Positions 29,260 through 40,725 of a stretch of DNA of 64,000 bases are shown in pieces (position 1 is the stretch's first letter; every line of letters starts with the position of its first letter). A model generated the notes under the pieces. It was given only the letters and a program-made list of their open reading frames with translations, was not told where the DNA came from and did no database searches. Origin of the DNA: Bacillales bacterium UBA6865 (GTDB taxonomy: Bacteria; Bacillota_I; Bacilli_A; RFN20; CAG-826). The position numbers and the translations under genes were made by a program. Location: contig DKCV01000021.1 in the NCBI GenBank assembly GCA_002449265.1, positions 45,777-109,776 of the forward strand. The letters are read 5' to 3'.

Positions 29260-30204
29260 ATGCGTTTTCTTAAAAATAGTGATGTTAAAGTTCTATATAT
29301 GGGCACTCCAGCGATGTCTAGTAGGGTATTAGAAGCATTGATTGAAGCGGGATATACCATCGTTGGGGTTGTTTCCCAAGAAGATAAAGCGGTGGGGAGA
29401 CATAAAATTCTAGAAAAAACGCCAACGAAACTTGTTGCAGAAAAATATAACATTCCCACTTTTGAACCCCATAAAATTCGTGAAGATTATGATTTTGCCA
29501 AATCGCTTGATTTCGATGTCATTGTCACAATGGCGTATGGCCAAATTATCCCTCAAGGATTGCTCAATCTTTCTAAAATTGGTAACGTCAATCTCCATGG
29601 CTCAATCCTTCCGAAATATCGCGGAGCCGCTCCAATCCAACGCGCGATTATGGATGAAGAAAAAGAGACCGGAATTTCGCTTATGGAAATGGTTGCAGCG
29701 ATGGATGCGGGGGATGTCTATGACGTTTCAAAAGTTGCGATAGATCCTCTTGATACCTATTCTTCTTTGGGGAAGAAACTAAGCGAAGTCGCCGCGAATT
29801 TAATCGTTATGGATTTACTAAAATACGCTAATGGTGAGCTCATAGCACATAAACAAGAAGAATCGCTCGTAACGATTGCTAAAAAAATCGCTCCTTCCGA
29901 GGAACGCATTCCTTTAAATTTGGACGTAGCAAAAACTTCTTGCTATCTCCGCGCTTTAAGTGAAGAACCAGGCGCTTATTTCCTTTTAGGAGATAAAAAA
30001 CTTAAGGTTTATGAAGCTCAAGTGTTTTCAAATGAAATTGCAGGGGAAGTTGGCTCCATTATTTTTAATAAAAAGCATTTCTTATTACAATTAAAGGACG
30101 GCATTTTAGAACTACTATCCGTGCAACTTGAAGGCAAAAAGAGAATGGATGGCGTTTCTTTCCTACAAGGCGCACATCTATTTAACGATGCGAAACTTTC
30201 CTAA
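29260..30204 (+). CDS. fmt: Methionyl-tRNA formyltransferase
   Basis: Starts MRFLKNSDVKVLYMGTPAMS. Formyltransferase motifs (HGSILPKYRGAAPIQRAI) and the C-terminal Fmt domain. The track ORF extends upstream to 28963; the ATG at 29260 after GGAGG is preferred. Confidence 0.85.
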   Translation: MRFLKNSDVKVLYMGTPAMSSRVLEALIEAGYTIVGVVSQEDKAVGRHKILEKTPTKLVAEKYNIPTFEPHKIREDYDFAKSLDFDVIVTMAYGQIIPQGLLNLSKIGNVNLHGSILPKYRGAAPIQRAIMDEEKETGISLMEMVAAMDAGDVYDVSKVAIDPLDTYSSLGKKLSEVAANLIVMDLLKYANGELIAHKQEESLVTIAKKIAPSEERIPLNLDVAKTSCYLRALSEEPGAYFLLGDKKLKVYEAQVFSNEIAGEVGSIIFNKKHFLLQLKDGILELLSVQLEGKKRMDGVSFLQGAHLFNDAKLS

Positions 30205-30307
30205 TTATAAATCTTTAAAAAGTTCGATAGTTTCTATTAATATTGCTTGTTCAAAGACAAGGTTTTCCTATGATATAATTTTGACTAGTTTTTAGGAAGG
30301 ATAACGA

Positions 30308-31192
30308 ATGAATAAAATTGCAATTTTGCTTGATAGTACTTGCGACATGACTATCAACCTTTTACATGAATATGATATTGATTATGTTCCGATGGGCTTT
30401 TCCATTGGTGATAAAGAATATTCCGCGCTTCTATCTTGGGACAATATTTCCCCAAAAGAATTTTATGAAACGATGAAGAAAACTCGCGTTTATACGAACC
30501 AAGTCAAGGACGTTGATTTCGAAAAGAAATTCAATGAACTTCTTGATCAAAAGAAAGATATTTTATATTTAGGATGTAGCAGTGGCTTATCTAAATCGGT
30601 CTCTCGCGGAGAAGTCATCGCGCGCGAAATCATGGCAAAACGTCCTGGCGCTCAAATTCGCGTCGTTGATTCCTTAATTTCTGGAATGGGACAAGGACTA
30701 TTAGGAATTTACGCCTCCTCTTTGCGTAAAGAAGGAAAAACGCTTGATGAGATCGTTTCTTTATTGAAGGAAAATCGTCTTAAATACAACCAATGGGGAA
30801 CCGTAGATGACCTTAATTATTTAAAGAGAGCAGGACGCGTGAAGGCTAGTGCCGCTTTCTTTGGAAATATTTTCGGAGTTAAGCCGATTATCATCAGTGA
30901 TATCTGTGGCAGCAATTTCGCTTATAAAAAAGTGAAAGGGAGAAAAGCATCGCTAGAAGAAATCGCCAATTCGGTTGCGAGCAATATCGTTGATCCAGAG
31001 AATCATTACGTTGCGATTTCCCATGCGGACTCCGAAAAAGACGCTCTTGAATTAAAAAGCTTAATCGAAAGCAAAATCAAAGTGAAAGGCTTCTATCTCA
31101 CTCCTTTAGGACCGATCCTTGGCGCTAGTTGTGGCCCTAATACGATCATTGCTTTCCATTACGGAAAAGAAGTCACCTTAAAAGGCGAATAG
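30308..31192 (+). CDS. DegV family fatty-acid-binding protein (FakB-like)
   Basis: 294 aa. N-terminus MNKIAILLDSTCDM and the EDD fold are typical of DegV. Confidence 0.8.
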   Translation: MNKIAILLDSTCDMTINLLHEYDIDYVPMGFSIGDKEYSALLSWDNISPKEFYETMKKTRVYTNQVKDVDFEKKFNELLDQKKDILYLGCSSGLSKSVSRGEVIAREIMAKRPGAQIRVVDSLISGMGQGLLGIYASSLRKEGKTLDEIVSLLKENRLKYNQWGTVDDLNYLKRAGRVKASAAFFGNIFGVKPIIISDICGSNFAYKKVKGRKASLEEIANSVASNIVDPENHYVAISHADSEKDALELKSLIESKIKVKGFYLTPLGPILGASCGPNTIIAFHYGKEVTLKGE

Positions 31193-31199
31193 AAAATCC

Positions 31200-32861
31200 A
31201 TGGATAGCAAAACTCTCTCGAGTAGCGATTTTATTCGTTTGCTCAAAAAGGGATATGAGGCCTTAGCGAATAATTATGAAGCCATCAATGACCTCAACGT
31301 TTTCCCTGTGCCAGACGGTGATACTGGCACAAACATGAAAATGACCTTCGCTGGTGGTCTTCGCTCCATTGTTAAAAGCGATGATTTAGGTTCGTTAGCG
31401 GCTGATTTTGCACGCGGTTCTTTATTTGCGGCCCGTGGGAATAGTGGCGTTCTTTCTAGCCAATACTACAAAGGAATCGCTGATGGGCTAAAAAACAAAA
31501 AGGACGCTAGTGTCGCTAATTTCGCTAAAGCAATGGTAAGCGGATATAAAGTCGCTTATTCTTCTATGGCTGATCCTGTGGAAGGAACGATTCTTACCGT
31601 TGCTAGAGAAGGCATAGAAAACGTTATCAATAATCCCAAGAATCTAAAGGATTTCCCAACCTTTTTTGCCTCAGTTGTAGAAGCGATGAAGATTTCTTTG
31701 GATAATACCCCAAATCTTTTACCCGTTTTAAAGGAAGCCGGTGTCGTTGATAGTGGCGGAAAAGGATTACTTACCATTTTCCAAGGCTTTTTGAGTGCAT
31801 ATACTGGTAAAGAAGAAACCTCTTCAGAAATTGATGCAAAGCTAGAAGAGCATCTTACTAGCAATCTACCTTCTCCAGTCGACTGTAGCGCCTTTAACGA
31901 AAATAGTGTTCTTGACTATGGTTATTGCACCGAATTTTTGTTGCAGCTTCTCTCCTGTAAAATCAATGTCAAACGCTTTTCAATAAAACGTTTTATCGCT
32001 TGGCTAGAAGAGCATGGTAATTCCATTGTTTGCTTTCAAACTGGCACGGTTGTGAAAGTTCATATTCATACGAAAAAACCTTACGAAGTGATTCATTATG
32101 CCCAAAAGTATGGGGAATTTGTGGCCTTTAAGATGGAAAATATGACGCTTCAGCATAATGAAGTCATCATCAAAGAAGAGAAGAAAAAGAAAGAGCGCGT
32201 TCCTAGTGCGATTATCGCGATTGGACAAGGGGAAGGCATTAAAGACCTTTATCACTCTTTAGGCGCGGATATTGTGCTTGATGGCGGGAAAACAATGAAT
32301 GCTTCTACCGAAGAAATCATTGATGCCGTTAAATACGCTAACGCGGAGGATGTTATTCTTCTTCCAAACGAAAGCAATATTCTTCTTGCGGCAAAACAAG
32401 CGCAAAAGCTTTATAAAAAGTGTCGCATTCACGTTGTAGAAACCAAAAATCTTGTCGAAGGATATGTCGCTTTATCGATGCTACTAGATAAAAATGATGT
32501 CCAAGGAAGTATCGATGCGTTTAATGAAGCGATCGAATCATTAGATTGTGGCTTTGTTGCTTTAAGTAACCGCGATGTTGAAATCGAAGGGAAAATGGTT
32601 CCTTCTCATACGTTTATTGGGGCGATGAAAAAAGAAATTATTGCGAGTGGGGTAACCGCGGAAGAAACCTTAATTTCTTTACTTTCTCATGTCCAAAATC
32701 TTGAAAATAAAAGCGCCTTACTTTTAATCCGCGGAAAAACAAGGAAAGAAGAAGACGCGAATAAACTCCTTGAAACCTTAAAAGATAAATACCCCGATTT
32801 AGAAATTGGCTTACTTAGTGGTGAGCAAGAAGTTTATGATTATTTAGTAGGACTTTATTAA
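31200..32861 (+). CDS. fakA: Dak2-domain protein (YloV/FakA-like fatty acid kinase subunit)
   Basis: 553 aa. Dak2 N-terminus (NVFPVPDGDTGTNM), about 550 aa with a C-terminal DegV-like domain. Directly downstream of the DegV gene. Confidence 0.7.
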   Translation: MDSKTLSSSDFIRLLKKGYEALANNYEAINDLNVFPVPDGDTGTNMKMTFAGGLRSIVKSDDLGSLAADFARGSLFAARGNSGVLSSQYYKGIADGLKNKKDASVANFAKAMVSGYKVAYSSMADPVEGTILTVAREGIENVINNPKNLKDFPTFFASVVEAMKISLDNTPNLLPVLKEAGVVDSGGKGLLTIFQGFLSAYTGKEETSSEIDAKLEEHLTSNLPSPVDCSAFNENSVLDYGYCTEFLLQLLSCKINVKRFSIKRFIAWLEEHGNSIVCFQTGTVVKVHIHTKKPYEVIHYAQKYGEFVAFKMENMTLQHNEVIIKEEKKKKERVPSAIIAIGQGEGIKDLYHSLGADIVLDGGKTMNASTEEIIDAVKYANAEDVILLPNESNILLAAKQAQKLYKKCRIHVVETKNLVEGYVALSMLLDKNDVQGSIDAFNEAIESLDCGFVALSNRDVEIEGKMVPSHTFIGAMKKEIIASGVTAEETLISLLSHVQNLENKSALLLIRGKTRKEEDANKLLETLKDKYPDLEIGLLSGEQEVYDYLVGLY

Positions 32862-32864
32862 TTT

Positions 32865-33407
32865 ATGGACCAAAAATTAGAAGAAAAGAAAATCGCGAGC
32901 AAAGAAATCTATCGCGGAAAGATACTTGATGTATTTGTCGACGACGTCCTTCTTCCGAATGGCAAAAAGAGCACGCGCGAGCTTATTCGGCACTGTAAAG
33001 CCAGCGCCGTCCTCGCCTTCGATGATAATGGTAACGTCATCTTAGAAGATCAGTTCCGTTATCCTTATAGCGATGTCATTACGGAAATCCCTGCAGGTAA
33101 AGCAGACGGGGATGAAGATCCCATCCTTACGGCAAAACGCGAATTACTTGAAGAAACTGGTTATGAAGCAAATGAGATTTCTCTATTAGGTGAATTCTAT
33201 CCATCTGTCGCTTATACCGATGAAGTGATTTATCTATATGAAGCCCATTCCTTAAAGAAAAAGGAACAGCATTTGGATGCCGATGAGTCTCTTTCCTTCT
33301 ATTTTAAAAGCTTCGACGAATTCAAACGTATGGTGCTGGAAGGAAAAATTAAGGATGGCAAGACGCTTGCCGCCTTAACTTATTATTTATTGAAACACGC
33401 GATGTAA
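32865..33407 (+). CDS. NUDIX hydrolase (ADP-ribose pyrophosphatase-like)
   Basis: 180 aa. Nudix box GKADGDEDPILTAKRELLEETGY. Confidence 0.8.
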   Translation: MDQKLEEKKIASKEIYRGKILDVFVDDVLLPNGKKSTRELIRHCKASAVLAFDDNGNVILEDQFRYPYSDVITEIPAGKADGDEDPILTAKRELLEETGYEANEISLLGEFYPSVAYTDEVIYLYEAHSLKKKEQHLDADESLSFYFKSFDEFKRMVLEGKIKDGKTLAALTYYLLKHAM

Positions 33408-33436
33408 ATTTCATCGGTTTCTCTTTAAGGAATTTT

Positions 33437-33751
33437 ATGAAAACATCCCAAAAACTAGTTCGTGATAATATTCCTTCTCTTATCGAAAAAGATGGAAAGA
33501 CAGCAAAAACGAGAATTTTAAGCAAAGAAGAAACTCTAATTGCTTTAAAAACTAAGCTTTTAGAAGAAACGAACGAATATCTTTCTTCAGAGGAGTCTTT
33601 GGAAGAACTCGCTGATATTGAAGAAGTGGTATTTGCTCTTGCTTTAGAAAGTGGCCATTCCTTAGAAGAATTAGAACAAATACGTTTAGAGAAAAGAAAT
33701 CGTAATGGTGCCTTTACTAAACGTATCTTTCTAGAAAGCGTCTCCGAATAA
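33437..33751 (+). CDS. MazG/HisE-like nucleoside triphosphate pyrophosphohydrolase (small all-alpha NTP-PPase)
   Basis: 104 aa. KLVRDNIPSLIEKDG N-terminal motif and an EExxE metal-binding helix (LEELADIEEVV). Confidence 0.55.
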   Translation: MKTSQKLVRDNIPSLIEKDGKTAKTRILSKEETLIALKTKLLEETNEYLSSEESLEELADIEEVVFALALESGHSLEELEQIRLEKRNRNGAFTKRIFLESVSE

Positions 33752-33788
33752 AAATAGGGTCTAGCGTTAATCGCTTGACCCTATTTCC
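33752..33788. terminator. Bidirectional terminator between convergent MazG-like gene (+) and thrS (-)
   Basis: ATAGGGTC tagcgttaatcgctt GACCCTAT: a perfect 8-bp inverted repeat flanked by A-runs and T-runs. Confidence 0.55.
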
Positions 33789-33793
33789 TTACT

Positions 33794-35695
33794 TTAGAAG
33801 CGAAGCTTTTTATCGATAGAATTACGAATCAGTTTCACAAATTCATCCAAAGTAACGGTGATTTGTTTTTCGCTTCCGTAGATTCGGTAAGTAACTTCGT
33901 GATTCTCTTTTTCTTTGTCACCGACAACAAGGGTATATGGAATCTTTTGCACTTGGGCATTTCTTAATCGATAGCCTAATTTTTCATTGCTGTCGTCTAA
34001 TAAGACACGCACTTCACTTGCTTCGAGAGCTTGTTTGACCTCCTTAGCGTATTCGAGGTGGGCTTGATTGCTCACAGGAAGCACAATTGCTTGATGAGGC
34101 GCTAACCAAGTCGGGAAAGCCCCTCCATAGTTTTCGGTGATCACGCCAATAAAGCGTTCAACTGAACCAAAGACAACGCGGTGAAGCATATATGGCTCTT
34201 TCTTTTCGCCGTTTTCATCGATGTAGAAGCAGCCAAAGCGGTGCGGCAAATTCACATCGAGCTGGATGGTGCCACATTGCCAAGTTCTACCCATTGAATC
34301 TTTAAGCTTAAAGTCAAGCTTTGGCCCATAGAATGCGCCATCGCCTTCGTTGATTTGATATTCGTGGCCGCTATCTTTGCACGCAGTAGCGAGGGCTTTT
34401 TCACTTTGATCCCAGAATTCTTTGCTTCCGATATAATCATCTGGACGAGTACTTAAAACAATCTTGTAGCTTAAGCCAAAGACTTTATACACTTCGTCTA
34501 ATAAGCCCATGATGTTTTTGACTTCGCTTTCGATCTGATCAGGGCGAATCATGATATGAGCATCGTCTTGCGTAAAGGCACGCACTCGGAATAAACCATT
34601 TAAAGCCCCACTCGCTTCGTGACGATGAACGTGGCCTAATTCCGCATAGCGGAGTGGGAATTCACGGTAAGAGTGGATATCGTTTTTATAGACAAGAATC
34701 GCGCCGGGGCAATTCATTGGCTTAATCGCGAAATCCTTGCCATCGATTTTGGTGGTGTACATGTTTTCTTTATAGTGATCCCAGTGCCCACTAGTCTCCC
34801 ATAATTCGCGTGAAAGCATCGTAGGGCTTTCAATTTGTAAATAGCCATGCGCGAGATGAATTTTTCGCCAATAATCGAGAAGAGCATTCTTTAATAGCAT
34901 TCCATTTGGTAACCAAAACGGGAAGCCAGGGCCATAATCACTAATCATGAATAAGCCTAATTCTTTGCCTAAACGGCGGTGGTCATTTGCTTTACGCTTT
35001 TCCAAAATCGCAAGATGCTCTTTTAAGTCTTCTTCCGTCCACCATGAAGTCCCATAGATACGAGTGAGCTGCTTATTGTCGCTATTGCCTCTCCAATACG
35101 CGCCAGCGATAGACAATAACTTGAAGTGCTTAATCATTCCAGTGGAAGGAATGTGGGGGCCTTTACAAAAATCAACGAAATCCCCTTGCGTATAGATAGA
35201 GATGTTTTCTTTTTCGTGTTCGGCGATTAGCTCAAGCTTATAGGGGTTATCTTTAAAAATTTCTTTTGCTTCTTCGGGAGTGACTTCTTTACGAATGAAG
35301 GGATTATCTTCTTTCGCAAGTTTTTTCATTTCCGCTTCAATGCGAGCAAAATCAGCATCGGTGACAACCTTCTCGCCAAAATCGACATCGTAATAAAATC
35401 CTTCTTCGATGGCTGGTCCAAATCCGAATTTGCAATCCGGGTATAAGTGACGAATGGCTTGTGCCATTAAGTGGGAGGTGCTGTGATTGAGCATCATAAA
35501 AGCATCGTTACTTCCGATTTTGACAAATGAGAAATTCTCTCCCTCGTGAAGCGGCTCTCTCATATCGATGATTTCTTCGCCGCATTTAATGCCGACATCT
35601 TCTTTTTTGTGCTCATTATCGAGCACTTTCGCGGCAATAAAGCCATTTGCTTTATCTTCTAATTCGACTTCTTTTCCGTTATAGATTACTTTCAT
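33794..35695 (-). CDS. thrS: Threonyl-tRNA synthetase
   Basis: About 633 aa from MKVIYNGKEVELEDK (TGS domain). Editing domain, class II catalytic core and anticodon-binding domain. RBS AAAGGAAAAAA upstream of the ATG at 35695. The track ORF extends to 35743 through the leader. Confidence 0.95.
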   Translation of the reverse strand: MKVIYNGKEVELEDKANGFIAAKVLDNEHKKEDVGIKCGEEIIDMREPLHEGENFSFVKIGSNDAFMMLNHSTSHLMAQAIRHLYPDCKFGFGPAIEEGFYYDVDFGEKVVTDADFARIEAEMKKLAKEDNPFIRKEVTPEEAKEIFKDNPYKLELIAEHEKENISIYTQGDFVDFCKGPHIPSTGMIKHFKLLSIAGAYWRGNSDNKQLTRIYGTSWWTEEDLKEHLAILEKRKANDHRRLGKELGLFMISDYGPGFPFWLPNGMLLKNALLDYWRKIHLAHGYLQIESPTMLSRELWETSGHWDHYKENMYTTKIDGKDFAIKPMNCPGAILVYKNDIHSYREFPLRYAELGHVHRHEASGALNGLFRVRAFTQDDAHIMIRPDQIESEVKNIMGLLDEVYKVFGLSYKIVLSTRPDDYIGSKEFWDQSEKALATACKDSGHEYQINEGDGAFYGPKLDFKLKDSMGRTWQCGTIQLDVNLPHRFGCFYIDENGEKKEPYMLHRVVFGSVERFIGVITENYGGAFPTWLAPHQAIVLPVSNQAHLEYAKEVKQALEASEVRVLLDDSNEKLGYRLRNAQVQKIPYTLVVGDKEKENHEVTYRIYGSEKQITVTLDEFVKLIRNSIDKKLRF

Positions 35696-35699
35696 AATC

Positions 35700-35950
35700 T
35701 TTTTTCCTTTCTTGAGGGATAAAAAATAAAACGCCCTCATCACTAAGGACGCTTCCGCGTGGTACCACCTTATTTCGAATGAACGAATTCATTCCTCTCT
35801 GAGCTTAACGTGCTTCAGATTCGCCTAACTTATTTCGCTAGGGGCTCGGGAGTGGTACTCCATATGCCTATAGGCATTTGAGCGTGTCTCCTTCAACGCA
35901 ACTAAAATCTAGGACTTAAGGGAAATAATGTCAAGCAAAACAAATGCGCA
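35700..35950 (-). promoter_or_regulatory. T-box leader (tRNA-Thr sensing) upstream of thrS, with its promoter
   Basis: The minus strand reads AATAAGGTGGTACCACGCGG (plus 35756-35775), close to the T-box consensus. Next come a terminator hairpin (GUCCUUA-GUGA-UGAGGGC) and UUUUAUUUUUU. Stem I region has GAGAGG and a candidate specifier ACC followed by A (GGAGUACCACUCCC). Promoter TTGACA-17nt-TAGATT lies at about plus 35905-35934. Confidence 0.5.
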
Positions 35951-36112
35951 AGAAAATGAATTATGGGTTTTATTTTTCCATTAAATTGTTTTTCTTATTT
36001 CTCCTTTTTTACTTCTAGGTGTTTGCTACCTATTAACTTCTTTAGTAAGGCAATAAATAAATTGCGTTCTATCCTCTTTATCCGCCTTTTGCTTAGGAAT
36101 AAAATAACAGCT

Positions 36113-37180
36113 ATGAACATTGAATTATTTGATTATTACCTTCCTGAAAATCTTATTGCTCAGTCGCCTAGCGAGAAGCGTGATGAATGCCGCTTGATGG
36201 TCGTTGACCGTTTTCATCAGACAATCGAAAACAAAAAGTTTTTCGATATAATTGATTACTTAAACCCTGGTGATGTGCTTGTTAGAAATAACACGAAAGT
36301 CATACCAGCGCGCTTAATCGGCGAAAAAGTCGAGACCAAAGGGAAAGTCGAAGTCTTACTCCTTCATGAAGTAAAAGGAGAAGAGGACACTTGGGAATGC
36401 TTAGTTGGCAATGCCCATAGCGTTAGAGTTGGTACGCATTGCTCTTTTGGAGATGGTAGATTAACTTGCGAATGCGTAAAAGTGCTTCCTGAAGGCATCC
36501 GTCACATGAAGTTCTTTTACCAAGGAATTTTCTTAGAAGTTCTTGATTCACTCGGCTTAATGCCTCTTCCTCCTTATATTAAGAAGCAGTGCGAGGATAA
36601 TAGCGAATACCAAACCGTTTATGCGAAAGTTCCCGGAAGCGCAGCGGCTCCAACCGCAGGCTTTCATTTTACGGAAGAACTTTTAAATCGCATCCGAGAA
36701 AAAGGTATTGAAATTGTTGATATTACTTTAAATATTGGTTTAGGCACCTTTAGACCTGTGAAGGTACTAGATACTAAAGATCACGTGATGCATAGCGAGA
36801 CTTATACCGTTTCTAAAGAAGCCGCCTCCTCTTTGAATTTAGCCAAAAAAGAAGGTCGAAGAATCATTGCAATCGGTACGACTTCCGTCCGCACTCTCGA
36901 AAGCAATTTAGCGAAATATGGTAAATTTCAGGCTGTAAACGAAGAAGCGACTAGCATTTTCATTTCGCCAGGTTATGAATACAAAGCGATTGACGCTTTA
37001 ATTACGAATTTTCACCTTCCAAAGAGCACGCTAGTGATGCTTGTCAGCGCTTTTATGGGAAGAAAATGGACATTACATTGCTATGAAGAAGCGGTCAAAG
37101 ATAAATATCGTTTCTTCTCTTTTGGCGATGCAATGTTTATATACGGCAAATACGATTATTCCCACAATCTAGACGATTGA
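36113..37180 (+). CDS. queA: S-adenosylmethionine:tRNA ribosyltransferase-isomerase
   Basis: Starts MNIELFDYYLPENLIAQSP. QueA motifs (GTFRPV, PLPPYI, AAPTAGFHF). The track ORF from 35963 is a read-through of the leader. Confidence 0.9.
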   Translation: MNIELFDYYLPENLIAQSPSEKRDECRLMVVDRFHQTIENKKFFDIIDYLNPGDVLVRNNTKVIPARLIGEKVETKGKVEVLLLHEVKGEEDTWECLVGNAHSVRVGTHCSFGDGRLTCECVKVLPEGIRHMKFFYQGIFLEVLDSLGLMPLPPYIKKQCEDNSEYQTVYAKVPGSAAAPTAGFHFTEELLNRIREKGIEIVDITLNIGLGTFRPVKVLDTKDHVMHSETYTVSKEAASSLNLAKKEGRRIIAIGTTSVRTLESNLAKYGKFQAVNEEATSIFISPGYEYKAIDALITNFHLPKSTLVMLVSAFMGRKWTLHCYEEAVKDKYRFFSFGDAMFIYGKYDYSHNLDD

Positions 37181-37189
37181 AAAGCAATA

Positions 37190-37226
37190 AAAAGATGCTC
37201 CGATAAATTTTTGGAACATCTTTTTG
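37190..37226. terminator. Bidirectional terminator between queA (+) and the pfkA-pyk-glk operon end (-)
   Basis: AAGATGCTCC gataaattttt GGAACATCTT with flanking A-runs and T-runs. Confidence 0.45.
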
Positions 37227-37250
37227 ATTACTACTAATTTTTAGTAAAAA

Positions 37251-38093
37251 CTAATTCTTTTCTTTTTGGAAGCCTAAAACCGCAGCACCCATCAATCCTG
37301 CTTCTTGTCCATAAGAGCAAAGTTCAAGATGAGAGTGGGGGCAGGCCTTTCTTAAGTCTTCGAAGAACAAGTCTGCGCTTTTCATTACTCCTCCGGTAAG
37401 AGTGAATATTTCAGGCTCAAAATTGAACTGGTTCATCTCAATCCAACTCGCGAGCAAGTTGATCCAATCGTGATATATGGGCATCGCGATAGGGTTATTT
37501 TCTCTTACCATTTGGAAGAATTCACGGGCGTTTTTGATTTCCAAACCGTTCATGGAAGCAAGTTTAATGATACCCGTTCCGCTTGCCATATGTTCGAATT
37601 CATGGGTTTCGCCCTTATAATCAAACATCGTATGGCCAACTTCGTAAGAACTATTTACGATTTTTCCATTTTGGGTAAGCGCGCCTCCTACTCCAGTGGA
37701 AATGGTGACAAAATAAAGCGATTTTGCGTTTTTGTATTCGCCAAGATTCGCTTCCGCTAAAGCCGCAACCTCGGCATCATTAATGACATAAGCGGGTAAG
37801 TGATAGCGGTTAGACAAATAATCCGCTAAAGGAATGTTTTTGATGTGGATGTTTGGTAAAGCGGCAATGAATCCATCGTAACGGACTCTTCCTGGGACTC
37901 CCATTGCTAAAGCGATTACATCTGTAAAGTCGTTCACGCATTCATCAATCGTTTTGGCGACATTGCCAAGAAAAATATCCGTTTTTCCGCGAACTGTCGG
38001 ATTGATGACTTCCGAGATAATATTGTAATTTTCGTCGATGAGGGCGACGCGGGTATTCGTACCACCGATATCTAAAGCTATTACTTTTTCCAT
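37251..38093 (-). CDS. ROK-family glucokinase
   Basis: 280 aa. N-terminal ATP motif LDIGGTNTRVAL and the ROK signature region. Its start overlaps the pyk stop. Confidence 0.75.
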   Translation of the reverse strand: MEKVIALDIGGTNTRVALIDENYNIISEVINPTVRGKTDIFLGNVAKTIDECVNDFTDVIALAMGVPGRVRYDGFIAALPNIHIKNIPLADYLSNRYHLPAYVINDAEVAALAEANLGEYKNAKSLYFVTISTGVGGALTQNGKIVNSSYEVGHTMFDYKGETHEFEHMASGTGIIKLASMNGLEIKNAREFFQMVRENNPIAMPIYHDWINLLASWIEMNQFNFEPEIFTLTGGVMKSADLFFEDLRKACPHSHLELCSYGQEAGLMGAAVLGFQKEKN

Positions 38094-39550
38094 TAGTCTA
38101 GATCTTCCACTTTATTAACTTTTAAAATTCGCATGAAATTGGTTTGTCCAACTCCGGTTGGGGTTCCTCCTGCTAATAGAATCATATCACCTTGTTTTAA
38201 ACCTAAATCACGCGCAACTTTGAGTGCTTTTGCTTCCATCTCTTCGATGAAATCTGGCATCTGCGTTTTGATTAAAACGCTATAAACGCCCCAATACCAA
38301 GCGGATTCTAATGCTGCTTTTCTGCTACTTGTCACAGAAATGATAGGGCAGCATGGGCGGGCTTTAGAAAGGCGCTTAGAAGAATTTCCGGTTTGGGAGA
38401 AATTGATGATAAGTTTTGCTTTAATGAGTAAAGCGGTGTTTGCAATGGCATTAGCGATTGCATCGTTATTGGTTGCTTCGCTTGTTTCAAAAGCTTCGCG
38501 AGCGAGAGTTTCATAGTCCAGTTCTTTTTCCATCGCTTCGCTGATTGCAGATTGCATCTCAACCGATTCGACAGGATAAGCTCCGCTAGCTGTTTCTCCA
38601 GAAAGCATCACGCAGTCGCTTCCTTCATCAATTGCCGTAGCGACGTCACTAACTTCTGCGCGAGTTGGGCGCGGATGAGTGGTCATGCTATCTAACATTT
38701 GCGTGGCGGTAATCACAGGTTTGCCGTATCTTCTGCATAGTTTGATGATCTTTCTTTGAACAAGAGGTACAACTTGTGGAGGAATTTCATCCCCTAAATC
38801 ACCACGGGCGACCATGATTCCGTCGGCGGTTTTGATGATATCTTCGATTTTTTCTACGCCTTCTGGGTTCTCTATTTTGGCGATGACAGGAATATTGGGG
38901 TTTCCGTACTTTTTAATCGTTTCTTTGATATCGATGATATCTTGAGGGCGACGCGTAAAAGAAGCAAAAATGACATCCACGTTTTGCTCGCAGCCGAATT
39001 TTAGATCCGCTTCATCTTGTTTGCTGATGAAAGGCATCGAAAGTCTCGACATCGGGCAATTCATGCCTTTTTGATCTTTGATGTAGTGGGTGTTTAATGC
39101 CTTGACGACGATTTCGCGGTTCTTTTCATCTTTGTCGATGACTTGCATTTCAAGATTTCCATCGTCGATCAAAATGACATCATTGACTTTTACGTCGTCA
39201 TATAATCCTGGGTGGGAACACGAAAATTTTTCATTATTGCCAAGCATTGGGGTCATCGAAATACGCATGACTTGACCTTTTTGGACATCAACTTTTCCAT
39301 TTTCCATGTAGCCTGTTCGCAATTCCGGGCCTTTGGTATCTAAAGCAACGGCCAAATAGATTCCGTATTTTTTCTCAAAGCTTCTTGCAATATTGATTTT
39401 CTCGAGCTGTTCTTCGTGGGTGCCATGACTGAAATTGACACGCATTACGTTCATTCCTGCCTTATAAAGGCGATAAATCATGTCTGGCGTATCGCTTGTT
39501 GGGCCAATGGTGCAAACGATCTTGGTTTTCTTATTTGTGACTAAAAACAT
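38093..39550 (-). CDS. pyk: Pyruvate kinase
   Basis: 485 aa. KIVCTIGP and the MVARGDLG motif. Confidence 0.9.
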   Translation of the reverse strand: MFLVTNKKTKIVCTIGPTSDTPDMIYRLYKAGMNVMRVNFSHGTHEEQLEKINIARSFEKKYGIYLAVALDTKGPELRTGYMENGKVDVQKGQVMRISMTPMLGNNEKFSCSHPGLYDDVKVNDVILIDDGNLEMQVIDKDEKNREIVVKALNTHYIKDQKGMNCPMSRLSMPFISKQDEADLKFGCEQNVDVIFASFTRRPQDIIDIKETIKKYGNPNIPVIAKIENPEGVEKIEDIIKTADGIMVARGDLGDEIPPQVVPLVQRKIIKLCRRYGKPVITATQMLDSMTTHPRPTRAEVSDVATAIDEGSDCVMLSGETASGAYPVESVEMQSAISEAMEKELDYETLAREAFETSEATNNDAIANAIANTALLIKAKLIINFSQTGNSSKRLSKARPCCPIISVTSSRKAALESAWYWGVYSVLIKTQMPDFIEEMEAKALKVARDLGLKQGDMILLAGGTPTGVGQTNFMRILKVNKVEDLD

Positions 39551-39559
39551 GGCAAAATC

Positions 39560-40555
<996 letters not shown>

Positions 40556-40725
40556 TTATGAACCACTTTTTCTCTATGAGAAAGCAATATCTAGCAAAAA
40601 CCTGTTTTTTTACCGATTTCACTAAATAAAGCCTTTGATGCTAGAAAAAGTAAGAATCCTTTCTTGTTTGAATTAGCGGTTCATTTTCGCTCATACCTAT
40701 TCATAGACAAAAACGAAAAAAGAGA

